A stretch of DNA of 64,000 nt from an uncultured Selenomonadales bacterium. Its GTDB lineage: Bacteria; Bacillota; Negativicutes; Acidaminococcales; Acidaminococcaceae. The DNA lies in the NCBI GenBank assembly GCA_900314855.1, contig OMWZ01000006.1:8870-72869 (forward strand). The letters run 5' to 3'. The notes beneath the pieces are model-generated. The model was not told the origin of the DNA. It did no database searches and saw nothing but the letters and a program-made list of their open reading frames with translations. The position numbers and the translations under genes were made by a program. Below, one piece after another: positions 8,639 through 17,510 of this stretch; positions within the stretch are counted from its first letter, which is position 1; the number at the start of each line of letters is the position of its first letter.

Positions 8639-9192
8639 ATATCATTGAATTGTTCTTGTTGGCCGTCAGCCTGTCCATGGATGCTTTTTCCGTGTCCATT
8701 TGCGGCAGTTTGTCCATCGCGCCGGAACACCGGATGCGGGAAGCCGTGAAATTTGGGGCCTGGTTCGGGTTTTTCCAATTTTTGATGCCCGTCCTCGGCT
8801 ATTTTGCCGCTTCCTGGGCCATCGACTATATCCGGGATTACGATCATTGGGTGGCCTTTATCCTGCTGGCCTATCTGGGTGTCAATATGATCCGCGAAAG
8901 CTGGGAGTCGGCCTGCCCCGTACCGGGATATGACGTAAAGAAAATGTTCGTCCTGGCCGTCGCGACCAGTGTGGATGCCTTGGCGGTGGGCATCAGCCTG
9001 GCCTTCCTCAGCGTCCGGATTTTCGAAAGCTCCCTTCTTATTGGCCTGGTCACTTTCTGCTTTTCTTTGGTGGGCGGCCTCATCGGGTTCCAGCTGGGGG
9101 ACCGTTTCCGGGGTCGGGCGGAACGGACGGGCGGGATCATCCTCTGCCTGTTGGGTGTGAAAATCCTGCTGGAACATCTGGGCCTCCTGTAA
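8635..9192 (+). CDS. mntP: Manganese efflux pump MntP
   Basis: Repeats LSMDAFSVS and ATSVDALAVG, plus DHWVAF.LL. GTGA overlap with the upstream gene. Confidence 0.9.
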   Translation: MNIIELFLLAVSLSMDAFSVSICGSLSIAPEHRMREAVKFGAWFGFFQFLMPVLGYFAASWAIDYIRDYDHWVAFILLAYLGVNMIRESWESACPVPGYDVKKMFVLAVATSVDALAVGISLAFLSVRIFESSLLIGLVTFCFSLVGGLIGFQLGDRFRGRAERTGGIILCLLGVKILLEHLGLL

Positions 9193-9225
9193 GACCGCCG
9201 GCTCGCGCGCGGCCCGTGAAACCCA

Positions 9226-9294
9226 TAAAAAGACCCCGTCTCCTTCGGGAACCTGGGTGCGTCGGCACCGTCGGTTCCGCAGGGGACGGGGTTT
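9226..9294. terminator. Long hairpin between convergent mntP and hydrogenase genes
   Basis: Nested stems ACCCCGTC/GACGGGGT, GGAACC/GGTTCC and GGTGC/GCACC, with an A-tract on the left and a short T-tract on the right. Confidence 0.6.
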
Positions 9295-9322
9295 CGTTTG
9301 TCAAAGCGGGAGGTCCGTTTTG

Positions 9323-10855
9323 TCAGATTTCCTCAAAGAAGGACGCGTCTTTGTGGCAAATGGGGCATTCGGCGGGTGGTTCGTCACCTTCATAGATATA
9401 GCCGCAGACACGGCACTTCCAGCGGCGTTTGCCCGCCGGGGCGGGAATCTCTTCGTATTCCTTGTAATGCTGGTAGGTTTCGACGGGTTCGCCCAGGTCG
9501 GCGGAACGGTCGTGGTACGACGTGTGGAGCAGCTGTTCCGCCAGCTCGCTCAGGGGCTCGCCGTAGAACTCTTCGTACATGGCCGTCAGCTCCGTGTTGC
9601 GGTTGCTGACTTTTTCGTCCATGGCCGCGTCCTTCCGGTACAATCCGTCGATGCGGGCTTTGCGCATGCGGTCCCGCTCATCGGCGTCCCATTTGGGCTG
9701 GCCGCCACCGCCGATGCAGCCGCCGGGGCAGGTCATAACTTCGACGAAATCGTAGTCCGCTAGGTTTTCCCGATCGAGGAATTTCCGCACTTCGCCCGTG
9801 CCGTACAGGACGGCGACGCGGACGGACAAATCGTCCGTAATGGGGACGACGGCCTTGCGGAAGCTGTCGTAGCCGCGGACCGCTTCGAGATGGCACAGGG
9901 AGGCCGGGGCCTCTTTGCCCGTAATATACTCGTAAGCGGTGCGCAGGGCCGCTTCCATGACGCCGCCCGTGTTGCCGAAAATCACGCCGGCACCGCTGGC
10001 TTCGCCCATGAAGCGGTCGAAGGGCGTATCCGGCAGGGTGTGGAAATTCACGTGGGCTTCCAGGGCCCAGCGGGAGAACTCCCGCGTCGTGATGACGTGA
10101 TCCATGTCGCGCATGTCCGGGTCGTTCCCATAGCGGCCCGCCGCATTCATTTCCTCCCGGCGGATTTCAAACTTTTTCGCCGTGCAGGGCGTCAGGGCCA
10201 CGTTGACGATTTTCTTCGGATCCAGGCCCATCTTCTTGGCAAAATAGGTCTTGATCGTCGGCCCCTGCATGCCGATAGGGCTCTTGGCCGTCGAAATATG
10301 TGGCAGCAGGTGGGGGTAGTAGGTTTCGGCGAACTTGACCCAGGCGGGGCAGCACGACGTGAACTGCGGCAGCGCCCGGTCCTTCTTCGTGAGCCGGGAA
10401 ATCAGCTCGCTTGCTTCTTCTACGATGGTCATATCGGCGGCGAAGTTCGTGTCCAGGACATAGTCGAAGCCCAAGGCCTTTGCCAGGGCCACCATTTGGC
10501 CGGCCACGAAGGCGCCCGGTTCCATGCCGAACTGTTCGCCCAGGGCGACGCGCACCGACGGCGACGTCGACAGGATGACGATCTTGTCCGGGTCGGCGAT
10601 GGCCTTCTGCACGTCCTGGTACTCGAAGGTTTCCGTAATGGACGCCGTGGGGCACACGTTGGCGCATTGGCCGCAGCCGATGCAAATGGCTTCGTCGCCG
10701 GTCCTGGCCAGATCATAATACGTCAGGACTGCCGCGTAGTCGCGGCAAACGTCGCGGCACTGGCCGCAACGGATGCACAGGTCTTCGTTTCGTTGGATAG
10801 AGGGGTTCCCCGTATCGATGGGAACCCGGATTTCTGGGGAAAGATGTTTACTCAT
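9323..10855 (-). CDS. hydA: Monomeric [FeFe]-hydrogenase (2x[4Fe-4S] + H-cluster) with C-terminal rubredoxin-like domain
   Basis: Two CxxCxxCxxxC motifs. H-cluster motifs TSCCPAW, TPCTAKKFE and EVMTCPGGCIGGGGQP. C-terminal WKCRVCGYIY..CPIC. Confidence 0.93.
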   Translation of the reverse strand: MSKHLSPEIRVPIDTGNPSIQRNEDLCIRCGQCRDVCRDYAAVLTYYDLARTGDEAICIGCGQCANVCPTASITETFEYQDVQKAIADPDKIVILSTSPSVRVALGEQFGMEPGAFVAGQMVALAKALGFDYVLDTNFAADMTIVEEASELISRLTKKDRALPQFTSCCPAWVKFAETYYPHLLPHISTAKSPIGMQGPTIKTYFAKKMGLDPKKIVNVALTPCTAKKFEIRREEMNAAGRYGNDPDMRDMDHVITTREFSRWALEAHVNFHTLPDTPFDRFMGEASGAGVIFGNTGGVMEAALRTAYEYITGKEAPASLCHLEAVRGYDSFRKAVVPITDDLSVRVAVLYGTGEVRKFLDRENLADYDFVEVMTCPGGCIGGGGQPKWDADERDRMRKARIDGLYRKDAAMDEKVSNRNTELTAMYEEFYGEPLSELAEQLLHTSYHDRSADLGEPVETYQHYKEYEEIPAPAGKRRWKCRVCGYIYEGDEPPAECPICHKDASFFEEI

Positions 10856-10868
10856 AGGGGTACCTTCT

Positions 10869-11921
10869 TTATTTTCCGGTTTTCAGTTCCGTCCATAATT
10901 GGTCGTACAAGGTGATGCCGTCCCCAATGTCGCGGAGCCATTCGCCCAACCCGGTCTTGGTTTCCGCGTACTGGAGGATGGGATTGCCGGCGATTGCGGG
11001 GTCCATTTTAGGCAAGGCTGCCTTATTGGCGTTTGGCAGGCGCATATAGTTGAAATTACGGGCCGACACGTCTGGGTCATACATGAAATTAATGAAGGAC
11101 AGGGCCAGCTGTTTGTGTCCGGCTCCTTTGGGGATGCACATATTGTCTGCCCAAACGACCGTTCCCTCCTTCGGTACGACAAAGGAAACATTGGGGTTTT
11201 CCGTATTGACATACGACGCGTCGCCGGACCACATCTGGGCAATCCAGACTTCTTCGGCAATCATTTTCTGCTTGTTGTTTTCCGTATCGTAGGCAAGCAC
11301 GTTCTGGTTTCCGTCTTTTAAGAGGTGGAAGGCTTGTTCCACCTGGCCTTTATCGGTGCTGTTGTTGGAATAGCCGAGCTGTTTCAGGGCGAGACTGAAC
11401 ACTTCCCGGGAATCGTTCAGGAGCATCACATGGCCTTTATATTCGGGTTTCCAAAGGTCGCGCCACGACGTGGGGGCTTCTTTGACATACCGTTTGTTGT
11501 ACGCGATTCCTGTCAGGCCCCATACATACGGAATGGAATAGGCGTGGTGCGGGTCATATTCCGGAGTCTGGAGACCCTCGATCAGGAACTTCGTGTTCGG
11601 CAGCGCCGCCGGATCGAGTTTTTCCAGCATGCCGAGCTTGATCATGGTGGTCACCATGTAGTCCGAAGGCTGGATAATATCGAACTGGGCGCCGCCGGCC
11701 TGTAATTTGGCCAACAGTTCTTCGTTGTTTGAATAGACATCATAGTTGACACGGCAGTTGTACTTTTTTTCAAATTCAGCCAGGACTTCCGGATCATAGT
11801 AATCCGCCCAGCTGTAGATGTTCAGTACTTCCTTCTTGTCATCTTTGCCGCAGCCCACGGCGAGCAAGGTGAGGCACGCGGCAACAGTGAGCATCAGGGA
11901 GAGACGTTGCCAGTGTTTCAA
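10869..11921 (-). CDS. potD: Spermidine/putrescine ABC transporter substrate-binding lipoprotein (second copy)
   Basis: Lipobox AVGC, LNIYSWADY, SNNEELLAKL, QPSDYMV and PKEG..WADN. TTG start. Confidence 0.9.
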   Translation of the reverse strand: MKHWQRLSLMLTVAACLTLLAVGCGKDDKKEVLNIYSWADYYDPEVLAEFEKKYNCRVNYDVYSNNEELLAKLQAGGAQFDIIQPSDYMVTTMIKLGMLEKLDPAALPNTKFLIEGLQTPEYDPHHAYSIPYVWGLTGIAYNKRYVKEAPTSWRDLWKPEYKGHVMLLNDSREVFSLALKQLGYSNNSTDKGQVEQAFHLLKDGNQNVLAYDTENNKQKMIAEEVWIAQMWSGDASYVNTENPNVSFVVPKEGTVVWADNMCIPKGAGHKQLALSFINFMYDPDVSARNFNYMRLPNANKAALPKMDPAIAGNPILQYAETKTGLGEWLRDIGDGITLYDQLWTELKTGK

Positions 11922-11947
11922 ACGGTATCAACCTCTTTTCTGTCCGA

Positions 11948-13015
11948 TTATTTACCGGTCTTGAGCTCCGTCCAGTAGCGGTCGTACATGGTCAGGGCGC
12001 TGCCGATATCTTCAATCCATTCTCCTTGGGAGATGTAGTCTTTTGCGGCTTTCAGCATCGGATCGGTGTTGAAGGCGTCGCTGTGGTAGGTCTCGGATTT
12101 GGCGTTCGGGTCGTTGTAGCCGATATATTCGTAGTTTTCGGCGCTGACTTTCGGATCATACAGATAATTGATAAATTTTTCAGCCAGCTCTTTGTTTTTG
12201 GCGCCTTTCGGGATGGCGAAGGTGTCCGCCCAGATGACGGCCCCTTCCTTCGGGATGACGAAGGCCAGGTTTTTGTTGTCCTTATGCGCGAAGGAAGCGT
12301 CGCCGGACCACATGGTGCCGATCCAGGCTTCTTCGGCAATGAATTTCTGTTTGATCGTGTCCGTATCGTAAGCTAGCACGCCGGGCGAGAGACGGCGCAG
12401 GTCCTTGACGGCCTGTTCCAGCTCGGCCTTGTCCTTGCTATTCACGGAATGGCCGTTTTTCTTAAGGGCCATGCCGATGACTTCGCGGGAGTCGTTCAGG
12501 AGGATAATGCGGCCTTTGTAGGCGGGATTCCACAAATCGGCCCACGAAGTCGGTTTTTCTTTCACGAACTTAGTGTTGTACACAATGCCCGTCACACCCC
12601 ACGTATACACGACGGAATACTTGCCCTGCGGATCATAGGCAGGTTTCTGCAAGGCCGGCAAGAGGTTTTTCGTGTTCGTCAACGCGCTTGGATCCAGCTC
12701 TTCCAGCAGATTGAGCTTGATCATGGTCGCGACCATGTAGTCCGAAGGCTGGATTACATCGTACCGGGAGCCGCCGGCCTGGATTTTGGCCAGCAATTCC
12801 TCGTTGTTGGCGAATACGTCATAGTTGATCTTGCAATTGTACTTTTTCTCGAAGTCCTCCAGGACCTTGGGAGAAAAATTGTCTGCCCAACTGAACAGGT
12901 TCAGGACTTGCTTCTGTCCGTCGGCAGGCTGTTCGGCCTTCTTGTCCCCGCTGCCGCCGCAGCCGGCGGCCAGCAGGACCAGCGCGCAAAGCAAAAGTGT
13001 GATGAGTTTTTTCAT
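11948..13015 (-). CDS. potD: Spermidine/putrescine ABC transporter substrate-binding lipoprotein
   Basis: Start MKKLITLL after SD GAGGAGG. Lipobox AAGC and PotD motifs. Confidence 0.92.
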   Translation of the reverse strand: MKKLITLLLCALVLLAAGCGGSGDKKAEQPADGQKQVLNLFSWADNFSPKVLEDFEKKYNCKINYDVFANNEELLAKIQAGGSRYDVIQPSDYMVATMIKLNLLEELDPSALTNTKNLLPALQKPAYDPQGKYSVVYTWGVTGIVYNTKFVKEKPTSWADLWNPAYKGRIILLNDSREVIGMALKKNGHSVNSKDKAELEQAVKDLRRLSPGVLAYDTDTIKQKFIAEEAWIGTMWSGDASFAHKDNKNLAFVIPKEGAVIWADTFAIPKGAKNKELAEKFINYLYDPKVSAENYEYIGYNDPNAKSETYHSDAFNTDPMLKAAKDYISQGEWIEDIGSALTMYDRYWTELKTGK

Positions 13016-13130
13016 TTTTGACCTCCTCGTTTCCTGCTGCCGGCAACTGCCCGACAGCAAGCCAGAATTTTTATCAGGGGAAGGAGCGGCACCGGAAGGG
13101 GCCCTCCCTCGGAACCTGCGAAGGGAACGA

Positions 13131-13928
13131 TCAGCCGGCCTGCTTCTTGGCCTTGTGCGAAGGCTGCAAGGCCTCTGCCAGCAGGACCAGGGCGATTTCG
13201 ACGCACATCATGACCGTGGACAGGGCGTTGATTTCCGGCGAAATGCCGCGTTTGACCATGGCGTAGATGTACAGGGGCAGGGTCGTGGAATTGGGACCTG
13301 CCACGAAGAAACTGATGACAAAATCGTCGATGGAAAGGGTAAAGGCAATCAGGGCGCCGGCGACGATGCCCGGCATGATGAGCGGCAGGGTCACGTAGCG
13401 GAAGCACTGCCACGGCGTGGCGTACAGGTCGCTGGCGGCCTGCTCATATTCGGCTTTCAGCCCGTCGAGCCGCGCGCCGACGGTGATGACGACAAAACTA
13501 AGACAAAACGTGATATGGGCCAGGATCAGGGTTGTTTTGCCCAAGGGCAGGTGGAACTGCGAGAACAGGACCAGCAGGGACAGGCCCATGACGATTTCCG
13601 GGATCAGGATCGGCAGGTAGAGCAGGCCATTGATGGCGTTCTGCGCCTTGAACTTGTAACGGTGCAGGGCAATGGCCGCCGTCGTGCCCAGGGCCGTTGA
13701 GACTATCGTGGAGATGCATCCTACGATCAGCGTGTTGATCAGGGCCTCCAAGACGCGCCGGTTGTTGAGCAGGTGCTCGTACCATTTGAAGGTGAAGCCC
13801 GTCCAGACCGCGTTGATGCGGGAATCATTGAACGAATACATGGCCAGGATGACCAGCGGCAGATACAGGAAAGCCAGGACGGCCAGGGAATAGGCCAACA
13901 GGAGATGACTACGCCACGTCTTCTGCAT
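13131..13928 (-). CDS. potC: Spermidine/putrescine ABC permease PotC
   Basis: FLYLPL..YSFN, EAA-like loop, FTLSIDDF and ISPEINALST. Confidence 0.92.
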   Translation of the reverse strand: MQKTWRSHLLLAYSLAVLAFLYLPLVILAMYSFNDSRINAVWTGFTFKWYEHLLNNRRVLEALINTLIVGCISTIVSTALGTTAAIALHRYKFKAQNAINGLLYLPILIPEIVMGLSLLVLFSQFHLPLGKTTLILAHITFCLSFVVITVGARLDGLKAEYEQAASDLYATPWQCFRYVTLPLIMPGIVAGALIAFTLSIDDFVISFFVAGPNSTTLPLYIYAMVKRGISPEINALSTVMMCVEIALVLLAEALQPSHKAKKQAG

Positions 13929-14769
13929 GATCGCTGCCTCCCTTCTGGATTTGGAGTGTCCGGTAGTACAGGGTGATCAGGACCAGGGACAGGATGGCCA
14001 GCATGATGGACAGGGCCGACCCGAAAGGCCAGTCGCGGGCCGACAGGAACTGGTTCTGGATCAGGTTGCCGACGAGAGCCGACTTGGCGCCGCCCATGAC
14101 GTCCGGCACGACGAACATGCCCAGGGACGAAATAAACACGAGGATGGTCCCCGCGGCGACGCCGGGCATAGTCAACGGCAGGGTAATCTTGCGGAAGGCT
14201 GTAAACGGCTTGGCGCCCAAATCGGACGCGGCCTCCAGAAGGCGGTGGTCCAGCTGTTCGATGGATACATAGATCGGCAAGATCATAAACGGCAGCAGGG
14301 CGTAGATCATGCCGAGCATGACGGCTCCTTCGTTGTAGAGAAGCTGCAGGGGCTGGTCGATGATCCCGGCCTTGAGGAGCAGGGTGTTAAGGACGCCCTG
14401 GGCCCGCAGGATGATGACCCAGGCATAGGAACGGATCAAAAAGTTGATCCAGAAAGGAATCATGCACAGGATCAGGCCTGGCTGCTGCCACCGTTTGGGC
14501 AGCTGGGCGATGTAATAGGCCAGGGGATAGCCCAAAAGAACCGTGAAAATCGTCGTGACGATGGCCACGAGCAGGGTCTGGGCGAAAATGGACAGGTACA
14601 GCGGCTCCAGGAACCGGGCGTAGTTGTGTAGGGTCCAGTCGAAGACGACCTGTCCGTAGGGAGTCCGGCTGGCAAAGGAGACGGCAACGACGATGAGCAT
14701 GGGCAGGACGAAAAATACCGTCAGCCATCCCAGCGTTGGGGCCATCAGAAATTTTCCGTTTTTCTTCAT
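13909..14769 (-). CDS. potB: Spermidine/putrescine ABC permease PotB
   Basis: PFWINFLIRSYAW, LLEAASDLGA and RDWPFGSA. Confidence 0.92.
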   Translation of the reverse strand: MKKNGKFLMAPTLGWLTVFFVLPMLIVVAVSFASRTPYGQVVFDWTLHNYARFLEPLYLSIFAQTLLVAIVTTIFTVLLGYPLAYYIAQLPKRWQQPGLILCMIPFWINFLIRSYAWVIILRAQGVLNTLLLKAGIIDQPLQLLYNEGAVMLGMIYALLPFMILPIYVSIEQLDHRLLEAASDLGAKPFTAFRKITLPLTMPGVAAGTILVFISSLGMFVVPDVMGGAKSALVGNLIQNQFLSARDWPFGSALSIMLAILSLVLITLYYRTLQIQKGGSDHAEDVA

Positions 14770-14781
14770 TGGCTTGCCCTC

Positions 14782-15786
14782 TTACTGATCCATCTTGACT
14801 TCATCCCGGTCATACCACCAGATTCCGACGCGGTCGTCGACTTTCCAGCGCCGCAGGTCATCGAAATACTGGTAGGCGACGACGGTCTGGTTCGTATTGT
14901 CCAGACGGATGAATACTTTGTCGATGGTCCCGTAAAACACGATGTCCACGACGGTGCCGTAGAACTGGGGCGCCGGATGGGCCATGCCTTCGTCCTCTTC
15001 CTCGCAGAGATTCAGTTTTTCCGGCCGCAGGGCGTAGGTTACGCCGTCGAGGTCGAAGAAGTTGCTTTCACCGATGAAGCGGGCGACGAAGGTATTGACC
15101 GGGTGATGGTAGATGCCGTTCGGGTCGCCGTCCTGCTGGATGACACCGTTGTTCATGATGACAATCCGGTCGCTCATGGTCAGGGCTTCTTCCTGGTCAT
15201 GGGTGACAAAGATAAACGTCAGGCCCAGGCCGCGCTGCAGGTTCTTCAGTTCAATCTGCAGTTTTTTGCGGAGCTGGTAATCCAGGGCGCCCAAGGGTTC
15301 ATCCAGCAGCAGTACCTTCGGGTTGTTGACCAGGGCGCGGGCGATGGCCACCCGCTGCTGCTGGCCGCCGGACATCTGGGCCGGGTAGCGGTCCCGCAGC
15401 TCTTCGAGCTGAATCAGGTACAGGACCTGGCGGACGCGTTCCTCCGCTTCCTCGCCGTCGACCCCCTTCATCTTCAGGCCGAAACGGATGTTTTCCGTTA
15501 CGGTCATATGGGGAAAGAGGGCGTAATTCTGGAACACCATGTTGACGTCCCGTTTGTAAGGCGGCAGTTTGGTAATGTCTTTGCCATCCAGGATGACCTG
15601 GCCCGTCGTCGGTGTTTCCAGACCGGCGATCATGCGCAGCAGGGTTGTCTTGCCGCAGCCCGAAGGACCGAGCAGCGTCACGAATTCCCCGTCTTTTATG
15701 GTGAGGTCCAATTTCGGGATGATGACATGGTCCCCAAACTTTTTGGTGATTCCTTGCAAACGGATCAAATCTTCCATCTCTCTCAT
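14782..15786 (-). CDS. potA: Spermidine/putrescine ABC ATP-binding protein PotA
   Basis: [23 protein letters not shown] and [11 protein letters not shown]. Confidence 0.93.
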   Translation of the reverse strand: MREMEDLIRLQGITKKFGDHVIIPKLDLTIKDGEFVTLLGPSGCGKTTLLRMIAGLETPTTGQVILDGKDITKLPPYKRDVNMVFQNYALFPHMTVTENIRFGLKMKGVDGEEAEERVRQVLYLIQLEELRDRYPAQMSGGQQQRVAIARALVNNPKVLLLDEPLGALDYQLRKKLQIELKNLQRGLGLTFIFVTHDQEEALTMSDRIVIMNNGVIQQDGDPNGIYHHPVNTFVARFIGESNFFDLDGVTYALRPEKLNLCEEEDEGMAHPAPQFYGTVVDIVFYGTIDKVFIRLDNTNQTVVAYQYFDDLRRWKVDDRVGIWWYDRDEVKMDQ

Positions 15787-15787
15787 G

Positions 15788-15960
15788 TCACGACCTTTCT
15801 GCGATAATACCGCTTTGCGGGCAAAAAACGCCCAAAAAGCGAAAAAGGCGTTCCCACGCGGTGACTGGTCTGGAATCCCAAAGGAGGATACAAGGTCGGT
15901 CGCTGCGGAGCCCGTCGCTTTCTACATTAAATAGGCCTGCCCATTTTGGGGGGCCTAGGT
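15788..15960 (-). promoter_or_regulatory. Structured 5' leader of potA with candidate uORFs
   Basis: About 170-nt leader. It holds uORF MGRPI* (15944-15927), a 46-codon frame ending at TGA 15790-15788, an anti-SD segment CGACCTT and a terminator-like hairpin. Confidence 0.5.
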
Positions 15961-15967
15961 TACTGTC

Positions 15968-15997
15968 ATTATAATGTACTTTGCCATGGAATAGCAA
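15968..15997 (-). promoter_or_regulatory. sigma-A promoter of pot operon
   Basis: TTGCTA-N18-TATAAT on the minus strand. Confidence 0.6.
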
Positions 15998-16180
15998 CTG
16001 TTTTTTGCTAAATTTTGACCCCGCGCCATCCCGCATGGCCAGCGGGTTTGAAGAGGGGCGACGCGAATTCCCGGAAATGTCTGTCCCTGCTTCGTAAAAT
16101 CTCCCCGGCTGTCCGGCCGGCGTGCTACAATGGAAGGGAAAGGAAAAACTGCCCCCAAGGGCGGAAAGAGGTGCGGAAAG

Positions 16181-17395
16181 ATGCTGAACAAGGAATTTAT
16201 CGAGTTTTTATATGAAGCGGCCCATATCCAGCGCTGGAACGACCACATCCGGCCTAACGGATTTACGGAACTGGACAAGCAGGCCCATAAAATGATCATC
16301 CTCTACGTGCTCGCCCGGTACGAGGAGGAGGACCATGGCGCGCGGCTGGACTGGCGGGCCCTGATCGAGGGCGGCATCGCGGAATTCCTGCACCGCATTG
16401 TCTTGACAGATATCAAGCCGCCCGTGTTCCACCAGCTCATGAAGTACCATGGACGGGAGTTGAACCAGTGGGTGTATAGCCAGCTGGAGGAGCGCATTCC
16501 CGGCTTCGCGGAAGAATTCCGTCCGGTCATGCAGCGGCACTTCGACGACGGGGAGTACAAGAAAAGGGAAAAGAAACTGCTGCGGGCCGCCCACTACATG
16601 GCGAGCCAGTGGGAATTCAACATTATCTACCCCTTCAATAAAGGGATTTACGGGATTGAAAAGACGAAGGAAGAGATTTCCAATGAAATCGAAAACCATT
16701 ACGACCTGGCCGGCGTGCAGAAACTGAGTCTCCACGGGAAGACGAGCAAATTCATCGACCTCGTGGGACAGCTGCGCTTCCAAAAGCGGTGGTCCCAGTC
16801 GCCCCGTGTGCCCGAAACATCCGTCATGGGGCACGTCCTCATCGTCGCGGTCCTGGCGTATGTCTGCAGCCTCCGGACGGGAGCCGACGACGACCGCCTG
16901 GTCAGCAATTTCCTTTGCGGGCTTTTCCACGATTTGCCCGAAGTGCTGACCCGGGACATCATTTCGCCGGTCAAGACGTCCGTGTCGGGGCTGGACGCCC
17001 TGATCAAGGAAATCGAAAAGAAGCAGGTCGATGAAAAAATCCTGCCCCTGTTGCCTGATTCCTGGGCGGAGGACATCGAGTATTACACGCAGAACGAATT
17101 TGCCGACAAGTACCGCCTCGACGGCAAGGTGTACACCTTCGCGTCGGAAGAGGAGCTGGGCGCGGCCGTGGCAGCCCACCGGGAGGGCGTGCGCCAGGTA
17201 GTCGACGGGGAAATCCTCAAGGGCTGCGACCACCTGGCGGCCTTCGTAGAAGCCTGCCTGTCCCTGGAGCACGGGATCTCATCGCCCCATTTGACGAGCG
17301 CCGTGCGGGAACTGCGGGCGAAATACGCGGGCCGGATCATTGGCGGCGTGGATTTCGGGGCCATCTATGACCAGTTCCAGAAACGGGAACACTGA
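16181..17395 (+). CDS. HD-domain phosphohydrolase (tandem YfbR-like halves)
   Basis: IQRWND..ELDKQAH in the first half. FQKRWSQ..ETSVMGH..FHDLPEVLTRDIISPVK in the second. Confidence 0.85.
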   Translation: MLNKEFIEFLYEAAHIQRWNDHIRPNGFTELDKQAHKMIILYVLARYEEEDHGARLDWRALIEGGIAEFLHRIVLTDIKPPVFHQLMKYHGRELNQWVYSQLEERIPGFAEEFRPVMQRHFDDGEYKKREKKLLRAAHYMASQWEFNIIYPFNKGIYGIEKTKEEISNEIENHYDLAGVQKLSLHGKTSKFIDLVGQLRFQKRWSQSPRVPETSVMGHVLIVAVLAYVCSLRTGADDDRLVSNFLCGLFHDLPEVLTRDIISPVKTSVSGLDALIKEIEKKQVDEKILPLLPDSWAEDIEYYTQNEFADKYRLDGKVYTFASEEELGAAVAAHREGVRQVVDGEILKGCDHLAAFVEACLSLEHGISSPHLTSAVRELRAKYAGRIIGGVDFGAIYDQFQKREH

Positions 17396-17403
17396 ATAGT
17401 TAA

Positions 17404-17432
17404 TAGACAATTCAGAAAAATTGCAGTACAAT
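17404..17432 (+). promoter_or_regulatory. sigma-A promoter of gdh
   Basis: TAGACA-N17-TACAAT. Confidence 0.55.
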
Positions 17433-17510
17433 AGATTTACAAGAAAGGCAGATTTTGCCATTTGCGACATCCCGCAAGGATACGGACAAGACAACCAAAG
17501 GAGGTACGCT

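Noticed and set aside
15788-16036. 82-aa ORF as listed in the ORF track
   Set aside because: Its ATG lies upstream of the predicted pot promoter, so the full ORF is unlikely to be transcribed. Only the 3' 46 codons are kept, as a leader candidate.
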